DNA of 32,380 nt, from UHGV virus genome UHGV-0208950; one strand, written 5' to 3'. Shown here in pieces: positions 25,909 through 32,380 of this stretch. The DNA comes from a virus. The number at the start of each line of letters is the position of its first letter. Position 1 is the stretch's first letter. Made by a program: the position numbers and the translations under genes. The notes under the pieces are model-generated. The model was not told the origin of the DNA and searched no databases. It worked only from the letters and a program-made list of their open reading frames with translations.

Positions 25909-26100
25909 CTAGGATTGTCCGTTTTGTTTTTCAAGTTCTTCGATCTCCCTTTCCCAGCCTTCGATCATCGCTTCGTATCGCATGGCTTCCTGTTCCCTCC
26001 AAGCGATCCGTTGGTCTTTCATCGCCAGCGCCTTTTGAATCAACACCCGGCACAGCATGATCTGCCCCTTACGGATTTTTATCCGTTCTTCCCACGTCAT
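25909..26100 (-). CDS. Small coiled-coil hypothetical protein
   Basis: 63 aa, ATGA-coupled, GGAG RBS. Confidence 0.65.
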   Translation of the reverse strand: MTWEERIKIRKGQIMLCRVLIQKALAMKDQRIAWREQEAMRYEAMIEGWEREIEELEKQNGQS

Positions 26101-26453
26101 GCCGTGATCTCCTCTTCCAAGCGTTCCAGCTCCTTTTCTTCACGGGCTTGCAGCTCGCACAAGAAAGCCATATTGCAGGCTGCGTGCTTTAAATGGCTGA
26201 TCCCGCTTTCCCGGTCGCTGGAATATGGGTTCATCAGCCACGCAAACAGGTGCCGGAACAACGCGTTGACATACCGCGCCTTTTCCACCCGTTTCCAGTT
26301 TTCCGGGTCCTTATATTTTTTTACCCCGTATTCCCGTACCTCGGCAATGTCAAAGATGATCTGCGGCGGCACTAGGGTGATCCTCCATTTCCCCGCGTCT
26401 GACTTTATTTCCTGATCCGCTTCTTTCGCCCGGAAGGTCAGTGTTTCGTACAT
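26097..26453 (-). CDS. DUF5664 (dATP/dGTP diphosphohydrolase N-terminal-like) protein
   Basis: KSDAGK.R..L.P, EYG.KKY..NW, RY..AL.RHL and D.ESG..HL.HAACN..FL motifs. Confidence 0.8.
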   Translation of the reverse strand: MYETLTFRAKEADQEIKSDAGKWRITLVPPQIIFDIAEVREYGVKKYKDPENWKRVEKARYVNALFRHLFAWLMNPYSSDRESGISHLKHAACNMAFLCELQAREEKELERLEEEITA

Positions 26454-27259
26454 GGCTGCCCCTCCTTTGTTTCAAATGTTAATTGCTTTCCTGCTGTGAC
26501 CTTCAGCATCTTTTCCTTAGCTTCTCGATAAAAATTTCGGTCTATCTCAAACCCATAACTGTTTCTTCCCAGTTCCATACACGCCCGCAGAGTAGACCCA
26601 CTTCCTGCACAGGGATCTATCACCACATCCCCCGCGTCTGTAAATATCTCTATCAACCGCTTTAAAAGTCCTATCGGCTTCTGGGCCGGGTGAATCTTGG
26701 GGTATTCTTTTTGATTGTCCCGTTTCCACTCAAACCAGTTAAATATCATCTTCCCCTGATTACGAAACTTTGGCAGTTTTCCCCGGTATAGCACTAGCGC
26801 ATATTCTGTCGCTCCGCATATCCTCATATTTGCCTTTAGTACCTGTGGGCTGTAATTCTTGCAAAACACCAAGGGAATGCTATTCTTAAAACCATATCTT
26901 TGAGCATATGCCTTTACCGTTTCTATCTGCTCAAATGCGCAAAACACTATCATACAAGGTGCATCTGATGATCTTCCGCGCCCGTTGCTTTTTTCGGGTT
27001 CTTTTTTCAGCAGCTTGTTACAGAAGTGGAAGTATTCGGCAATATTAAAATTGATATCTGTCTTGAATGCTGCTTTCCCTGCTTTTTTGCTTTCTCCATT
27101 TTTTCGGTCTCCACCTATGTACCATGTTGGGTTAGATCCATAAAAGTTTTTCCCGATGTTATATGGAATATCTGCTATCACTAGCTGCGCTTTGGGGATA
27201 TGATACCGCTTGTAATTTTGAAAATTATCATGGTACAGCTCTGTTTTAACTTCTGTCAC
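26438..27259 (-). CDS. DNA N4-cytosine/N6-adenine methyltransferase (beta class)
   Basis: Motif IV DIPY precedes HPAQKP and motif I DPCAGSGST. Confidence 0.92.
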   Translation of the reverse strand: MTEVKTELYHDNFQNYKRYHIPKAQLVIADIPYNIGKNFYGSNPTWYIGGDRKNGESKKAGKAAFKTDINFNIAEYFHFCNKLLKKEPEKSNGRGRSSDAPCMIVFCAFEQIETVKAYAQRYGFKNSIPLVFCKNYSPQVLKANMRICGATEYALVLYRGKLPKFRNQGKMIFNWFEWKRDNQKEYPKIHPAQKPIGLLKRLIEIFTDAGDVVIDPCAGSGSTLRACMELGRNSYGFEIDRNFYREAKEKMLKVTAGKQLTFETKEGQPCTKH

Positions 27260-27416
27260 TCTCTGTTTCCCCTTTCAGGCTTTCCAGCTCCGCCTTGACC
27301 TGTTCCAATTCCCTTTCAAGCTCCTGCGCCTGCTTCTGCCAGCGCTGCGCGCTGTTCGCATTGCTGTTGGCCTGATTTTCATATGCTATCATCTGTTCTA
27401 ATTCTTGATTTGTCAT
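27246..27416 (-). CDS. 56-aa coiled-coil protein, not in ORF track
   Basis: MTNQELEQMIAYENQANSNANSAQRWQKQAQELERELEQVKAELESLKGETESDRS fills the operon gap. GGGGG RBS. Confidence 0.6.
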   Translation of the reverse strand: MTNQELEQMIAYENQANSNANSAQRWQKQAQELERELEQVKAELESLKGETESDRS

Positions 27417-27419
27417 CGT

Positions 27420-27674
27420 TCATTTCCCCCTTGCGTGTTTTCGGTCTATTTTAGAAAAATCGCTGTTGATCTTAGCGCCCTTCACCGTGGTGTATTTCCC
27501 CGCTTTTGCGTCCGCCAAAATCCTGTCATACCACTCCATCGAGTTGCATGACTCTCTTCCTGAGCCTTTTCTTTTTGGCTTATGCTCTATTTCTTTCAGG
27601 CAGCTTTTGCAGTATTTGCTATTCCCATGGCCGGTGTATTGTTTTCCGCAGAGATCACACTTCTTTTCTGTCAT
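27420..27674 (-). CDS. Zn-finger hypothetical protein
   Basis: CDLC...YCKSC motifs and GGAGG RBS. Confidence 0.7.
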   Translation of the reverse strand: MTEKKCDLCGKQYTGHGNSKYCKSCLKEIEHKPKRKGSGRESCNSMEWYDRILADAKAGKYTTVKGAKINSDFSKIDRKHARGK

Positions 27675-28068
27675 ATTGTTCCTCCAATAACCTTACTGCC
27701 CGCTGCGCAAACACCTTGTCCTGGCAAAGCGAAGCAATGCAGTCCGCCATCAGCCGCATCGCTTCTGCCGGCTCCGCGTGCCGTTCCAGCGCGCCTAATA
27801 TCTCCGGGCGGTATCTTCCCGCCAACCGTAAAAATTCCTGATACTGCGCCAGCGCGGCCGCGTAGCGGTCATGCAGCCAGCACATGTGATAAAATTCCTT
27901 TTTTAGTTGTACCCGTTCCTTCACTGCCTGCTCTTTTGTAATCCGTTTGCCGGCAAGGCTGGTGTAAAGCCCGCGCAGCGCCAAAAAGCACACCGTTTCT
28001 TCATACCTTCCAGACATGGGAAGAGGAGCCTTTTTTATTACCAACTTTTCCAGTTCCTCAAAGTTCAT
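27655..28068 (-). CDS. Hypothetical helical protein
   Basis: 137 aa, coupled to the primase-helicase gene. Confidence 0.7.
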   Translation of the reverse strand: MNFEELEKLVIKKAPLPMSGRYEETVCFLALRGLYTSLAGKRITKEQAVKERVQLKKEFYHMCWLHDRYAAALAQYQEFLRLAGRYRPEILGALERHAEPAEAMRLMADCIASLCQDKVFAQRAVRLLEEQYDRKEV

Positions 28069-29890
28069 CTGTCAGGTCCTCCCATTCTTCCATGTGGAAC
28101 GACTTCATGTTATCCAGGTTCATCAACTGCATGCGTTCCTTCATTTCCCAGCCATAAACCTTTCCTTTGTCTGAGCTTGCCGGCCTGATACGCTTTGATT
28201 TTCCAGAGTACAACAGCTTGATCTCCTGACCTTTTGGCGTTAATTTTCCTGTCAGTCTGTTTTTCAAGACGGATAGCGTCCCGTCCCAGCCGCTGTTATT
28301 TTCATCTCTGGAATAAGAGAGCACCACGTCGACACGGTTGGTAATATCAGACGAGCCGGAAACGTCATCATTGCTGATTGCTTCTTTCGTTTTCCTTGGG
28401 TGGGCAACTAAGATCACCACCACGTCATATTTCACCGCAAGCTTTTTCAGCTGCTTCACAAACTGGGACTGCGCCTGATAAAAGTCCTCGCCGGGCATAG
28501 CGTCCATTGCGGTCATTAGGTTGTCGATGCATATCAGCTTAATATCATATCGCTGGATACTGGCTTCAATGGTATCCAACAGGCTTTCCAGCTCTGACGA
28601 ATCATCATTGAGAATATTATTGTCATAGATATATGCCAGGTCGGTATACCACTCATTGATCTTATGCAGCATATCCGCTGGAATGGAGGAAACAGGCTGG
28701 TTGTTTTCATCATAGTTCACTTGAATGTTGTCCGGCCCGGCCGCCTGTAGATCCATCCAGTTTTTCACATGGTAGTCGGCAAGCTCCCCGGAATAGATCA
28801 AGGTGGCGTAGCCCTGGTCGATCGCTTCCAGATCAAGCTGAGATAACAGGGTCGATTTTCCTTCCCCTCTTCTCCCAGTCAGTAAAATGACCTGTCCGAA
28901 ATAAAACCCGCCGATGATTTGATCCAGCTCTTGTAAGCCTGTCCTAATTTTCGGCAAGGCTGATAAATCCACGCTTTTCACATCACTGAGACGCTTCACG
29001 CACTTTACCGGCACCACCTGAGCGTTTTCTACCGCTGTCAGAATCGCTTGCCTGCCGTACTTTTGGTAAATGTCGTTTGCGTCTTTTTCGCCCAAATAGT
29101 CTTTCGGTTGAACCGCCTTTACTTTTATCGGAAGTTTTTTCTGTAATTCTTCCAGCAGGGTGATCCTCCCGTTTTCGTGATCTCCAAATACCACCACTTC
29201 CGAAAACTTCGTGATCCAGTCCCATATGTAGTTTAAAAAGGTGAACCCCTTGCACCCTGTTGGAACGCTCACCGCATTTTTCACACCGCACTCAGCCAAT
29301 GTCAGGCTGTCGATCTGCCCCTCGGTAATGACCAGCCTTTCAAACCCCTGGCAATGGTCCATTCCGAACAGGATCGGCTTGGTGTCCTTTTCGCAGAACT
29401 CTTTGCCGTGGTCTTTGATCCGCTGGGGGTCGGTGTTCCGGTATTTCACAAATTCCAGCACATGGTTTTCGTTGTAAAACGGGAACACCAAAACGCTTTT
29501 GTCCTTCTTCCGCGTCGTGATATGGTAAAGCCGCGTTGTCTCTTCGCTGATCCCTCTTGTTTTCAGCCATTCCACCGCGGGGTCACGGACGGTGATCTCC
29601 TTTTGAGGCAGGCGTTTAAATTTCTTTTCCCGCCAGTTTTCCCCAAAGTCCAGCTGGTAGCCAAAGTCACGGGCCAGCTCTACAAAGTGTCCCGACCTTC
29701 CGCAGGAGGAACGGAAGCAGTGGAACGTCCCTGTCTGAAGATTCACGGAAAAGGTGTTTTTGTCCCGGCTTTGCCCGCCGTGGCAGTAGGGGCAGTACTG
29801 AAAAAACAGCTCGTCCCCTTTTTGGCGGGTGCGGCCGTCCAGGGTGTGGGCTAAATCCAATATGTCCGATTGCTTTAATTCATAACCCAA
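28058..29890 (-). CDS. Primase-helicase (Zn finger + Toprim + DnaB/RecA-like; T7 gp4/Twinkle-like)
   Basis: CPYC...CFRSSC, ITEGQID, FGDHD, KDAND, GRRGEGKS Walker A, IDNL and VAHPRK motifs. Confidence 0.92.
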   Translation of the reverse strand: MGYELKQSDILDLAHTLDGRTRQKGDELFFQYCPYCHGGQSRDKNTFSVNLQTGTFHCFRSSCGRSGHFVELARDFGYQLDFGENWREKKFKRLPQKEITVRDPAVEWLKTRGISEETTRLYHITTRKKDKSVLVFPFYNENHVLEFVKYRNTDPQRIKDHGKEFCEKDTKPILFGMDHCQGFERLVITEGQIDSLTLAECGVKNAVSVPTGCKGFTFLNYIWDWITKFSEVVVFGDHENGRITLLEELQKKLPIKVKAVQPKDYLGEKDANDIYQKYGRQAILTAVENAQVVPVKCVKRLSDVKSVDLSALPKIRTGLQELDQIIGGFYFGQVILLTGRRGEGKSTLLSQLDLEAIDQGYATLIYSGELADYHVKNWMDLQAAGPDNIQVNYDENNQPVSSIPADMLHKINEWYTDLAYIYDNNILNDDSSELESLLDTIEASIQRYDIKLICIDNLMTAMDAMPGEDFYQAQSQFVKQLKKLAVKYDVVVILVAHPRKTKEAISNDDVSGSSDITNRVDVVLSYSRDENNSGWDGTLSVLKNRLTGKLTPKGQEIKLLYSGKSKRIRPASSDKGKVYGWEMKERMQLMNLDNMKSFHMEEWEDLTDEL

Positions 29891-29897
29891 TCTATCC

Positions 29898-30602
29898 TCA
29901 CTCCCTTAGCTTTGCAACATGTGCCGCCCATTCCTCATCGGTCATGGTGACGCCCGGCGGCTTCGCCGGCACGGGCGGCCCTTTCTTTTCCTTTTTTTCA
30001 TTCTTATCATTCTTACGCTGTGGTTGATTGTTGGTTAGTTGTTGGTTAGTTGTTGGTTGCTCGTTTGTTAATGTATTGGTTACTATTTTTATTTGACTAT
30101 CTGTAAAACCCTGCTGTTTAAGGATTTCGACGATATTTCTGTTGGTTATTTTGTTGGTTGAAATTTTGTAAACAGTTTGTAAATTCATATTTTGTTTACA
30201 ATTATTCATAAATTGTTCATTCTCTATTTTGCTTTTTTTATCTTCGTTAGTTAAATAATTGGTTGAATCAATGGTTGTATAATTTTCATCAGATTGATAT
30301 TCGTCCCAATTTACAAGGGTTATCAATGTATATTTGTTGGTTGATTCCGTGGTTATTTCGTTGGTTGATTTTAGCTTTTTTAATGCTGTTCTAATTTGCT
30401 GACGTGTAAACCCCAGTGAATCCGCCAAAGCCTCTGTACCGGTAACAACTTGCCCTCTTTTGATAACGATCCCATTCCATGATGTATCCTTAAAATTAGC
30501 TGTTAAAAGCAAATGTAGAAAAGTGTCTTTCACTACATAATCTTTGTACCAGCCCCACTTTATCAATTTTCGATACATTTTAATATATCCATTTAAAGCC
30601 AT
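29898..30602 (-). CDS. Phage replication initiator/replisome organizer
   Basis: GYIKMYRKL..W.WY, FLHLLLTAN and TRQQIRTALKKL winged-helix motifs. TAATG-coupled to the ERCC4 gene. Contains internal repeats. Confidence 0.85.
   Translation of the reverse strand: MALNGYIKMYRKLIKWGWYKDYVVKDTFLHLLLTANFKDTSWNGIVIKRGQVVTGTEALADSLGFTRQQIRTALKKLKSTNEITTESTNKYTLITLVNWDEYQSDENYTTIDSTNYLTNEDKKSKIENEQFMNNCKQNMNLQTVYKISTNKITNRNIVEILKQQGFTDSQIKIVTNTLTNEQPTTNQQLTNNQPQRKNDKNEKKEKKGPPVPAKPPGVTMTDEEWAAHVAKLRE
30020..30366. repeat. Iteron-like (GT)TGGTT repeats, putative replication origin
   Basis: About 12 copies, with GTTGGTT at 30030, 30041, 30052, 30141, 30153, 30336 and 30360, around an AT-rich stretch. Confidence 0.7.
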
Positions 30603-31159
30603 TATCTCCGGTTCCTCCTGCTGGCGGTCAGCCGCTTGTAATTGTGCCAGTACCAGTAAAAGATCTCCAAAAGCTTTAACGCGGTCTGCCGGCTGTCCAA
30701 AATAAATACCGGGTGGAACTGGTAGCGGTTGCCGCACATCCAGGAATAAATGGTGGAATAGCAGATCTTCCCGATCTCCTTTTCCTTCCGGTGCAGGCGC
30801 GCCAGCTCCCATTCCGGCACCTCGACGCCCCGCAGCGCCTCCATACTCTCGCACCCCTCCACCAGCAGCGTGAAGTCCGTCCCCATGCTGCTGGCCGCGT
30901 AAAACTCTTTTTCGATCCGCTGGCGGTCCTGCGTGATATTGGAATAAAATTCATCCGCCGAGCCTTTCCGTTCCACCACGCAGGAGAGGGAAAAATCCTT
31001 CCCGTCTGCCGAAAAGGAATAGTCCCCGTAATCCAGCTTTGTGTCCTGATACTTCACATGCAGCTGATCGAAAGCCGACAGGATATGCTGGTTCTTTTGC
31101 TCTCTGGTATCAACTAACACGGTGACCCTTTTTAAAAAAGTCTTTTTGTCATACGCCAT
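30602..31159 (-). CDS. ERCC4-domain nuclease (resolvase-like)
   Basis: VDTREQ, LDYGDY and VERK motifs. Confidence 0.9.
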   Translation of the reverse strand: MAYDKKTFLKRVTVLVDTREQKNQHILSAFDQLHVKYQDTKLDYGDYSFSADGKDFSLSCVVERKGSADEFYSNITQDRQRIEKEFYAASSMGTDFTLLVEGCESMEALRGVEVPEWELARLHRKEKEIGKICYSTIYSWMCGNRYQFHPVFILDSRQTALKLLEIFYWYWHNYKRLTASRRNRR

Positions 31160-31171
31160 TCCCGTCACCTA

Positions 31172-31753
31172 TTAAAACGGCATATCGTCATCATCTGTCA
31201 CAATCGGCTCATAATCGCTCAATGGATCACAAACGGGCGGCTTTGCGCCCTCTAACAGCTTGTCCGGCGGCACTTCTACCCCTTTCCTGATGGTTTCAAC
31301 GTCACGGAAATACACGCATTTGGTAGAAAACCTCAATTCCCCCCGGTTGTTTTCATACTGCTCCCGGCCAAACACCCCGCCGATCAACTTGTTTTTCAGA
31401 TAATCGTTCCCGTTGTCAGCCCACAGCCTGTTTTCATCAAACCCGGGATTGGAGCGCTTTACTGCCTCTAGAAAAGTTTTGTATCCCATATTGGTATTTC
31501 CGTTGCTGTCCTCTTCCAGCTGGTAAACGGCGCACGGCCATTTTTCCTTGTTCCGGTCGCCGGATTGCCACAGCTTGGCGTAATACCCTTTCTGCTCTCC
31601 TTCCGCGATGTCCAGCCAGATCACCGCCATTGGTTTCCCGTTCCGGGAGGTTGTTTCCGTCACCTTGCAGATCTTGCAGACATGCCCGCCTAACTGCAAT
31701 GGTTCAAAGGTTCCAAATTCCTGCGTCGATTCATAATTTCTTGGCTTGTACAT
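31172..31753 (-). CDS. Single-stranded DNA-binding-like protein (DUF669-like)
   Basis: Acidic DDDDMPF C-terminus. Follows the AAA ATPase. Confidence 0.75.
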   Translation of the reverse strand: MYKPRNYESTQEFGTFEPLQLGGHVCKICKVTETTSRNGKPMAVIWLDIAEGEQKGYYAKLWQSGDRNKEKWPCAVYQLEEDSNGNTNMGYKTFLEAVKRSNPGFDENRLWADNGNDYLKNKLIGGVFGREQYENNRGELRFSTKCVYFRDVETIRKGVEVPPDKLLEGAKPPVCDPLSDYEPIVTDDDDMPF

Positions 31754-31765
31754 TCTGTGTTCCTC

Positions 31766-32374
31766 CTATATTTCCCAATATTCCCGTATTTTTTGGTCTA
31801 CCATTTTCAGGTCGTTGTCAATTTCATTGCTTTCAAACAGCCCCATCGGGCTTTTGGCCGTGGTATACCCGTCGCTTTGGGTCGCAAAATAATGGCGCTG
31901 CCCGTCTGTTTGGCACAACAGTACAATCGAAAACAGCCCCTCCACCGTCAGCTTTTCGTCCAGCATCTTTCCAACGGTTTTGGCTTTTGTCTTTCCCTCC
32001 GCCGTGGTTTCCACATGATGCAGAAAATACACCACCACGTCCTCCGGCAGGGATTTGATGATAAATTGGATCAAACGGTAAAAGTTTACCGCCATATCTG
32101 TAAACTTTTGAAAGCCGGTTTCTTTTGCTTTATCAAATAATTCAAAGCAAAGCAGGTACTGGCTGTCATCAATCGCGAACGCCTTTTTTCGGCTTTGCTG
32201 CAACCCGGCCATGATGGTTTTGTAATCGCTTGTGGTTACCTTGGACAGCTTTTTCCGGAACGGAAGCGGCTTTCCCGCAATATTAAAGATGCTGATCTCG
32301 TCCGTTTCAAAATTCCGTAAGCTGCTGCTTTTCCCGGAACCCGATTCCCCAAGGATCAATACCGGTATTCCCAT
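31766..32374 (-). CDS. AAA_24/Sak4-like recombination ATPase
   Basis: ILGESGSGKS Walker A, AIDDSQY Walker B and AKSPMGLF motifs. Confidence 0.88.
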   Translation of the reverse strand: MGIPVLILGESGSGKSSSLRNFETDEISIFNIAGKPLPFRKKLSKVTTSDYKTIMAGLQQSRKKAFAIDDSQYLLCFELFDKAKETGFQKFTDMAVNFYRLIQFIIKSLPEDVVVYFLHHVETTAEGKTKAKTVGKMLDEKLTVEGLFSIVLLCQTDGQRHYFATQSDGYTTAKSPMGLFESNEIDNDLKMVDQKIREYWEI

Positions 32375-32380
32375 CCTTCC

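Larger units (their letters stand above)
1..32380. mobile_element. Complete temperate siphophage genome (HK97-like head, long non-contractile tail), circular/excised form
   Basis: All modules are present and no host genes were seen. int and endolysin converge across attP. The window ends join into one ORF and supply an RBS for the last gene. Confidence 0.9.

Noticed and set aside
30603..30854. N-terminal extension of the initiator given in the ORF track
   Set aside because: It overlaps the ERCC4 gene. ATG30602 has an RBS, TAATG coupling and the family N-terminus.
1..32380. Genome-wide TAG reassignment (code 15), prompted by the amber at 24315 and a 16-codon open stretch after the TAG at 25909
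   Set aside because: TAG ends the repressor, endolysin, terL and AAA ATPase at expected positions. Core genes are intact in code 11 and no suppressor tRNA is visible.

Overview
This window looks like a complete, circularly permuted 32,380-bp temperate siphophage genome from a Clostridia-like (Bacillota) host, in its excised attP form. The two ends join in frame, and the integrase and endolysin genes converge across an intact attP. The short + strand block is the lysogeny module: XRE repressor, ImmA/IrrE-type metallopeptidase, DUF4041/T5orf172 protein and tyrosine integrase. Almost everything else is on the - strand. Early genes: Cro-like HTH and small genes. Recombination and replication: AAA ATPase, SSB-like protein, ERCC4 nuclease, initiator with internal iterons, Toprim/DnaB primase-helicase. 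Middle genes: DNA methyltransferase, DUF5664, DUF551, RinA/ArpU-like late activator. Late genes: HNH, terminases, portal, protease and HK97 capsid, then neck, tail and lysis genes. Notable features read from the sequence are (1) a likely -1 frameshift signal (G GGG GGU plus a 12-bp stem) that would add an Ig-like domain to the capsid; (2) the tail-chaperone -1 frameshift; (3) an SOS-box-containing antisense promoter driving a Zn-ribbon gene that overlaps a second small gene tail-to-tail; (4) four 15-bp operators in the genetic switch; (5) an attP with a tRNA-3'-end-like core and four arm sites; (6) a lipoprotein gene split by a single amber codon. No CRISPR array, reverse transcriptase/DGR, IS element or complete tRNA was seen. 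Family names are from motif recognition, not database searches.
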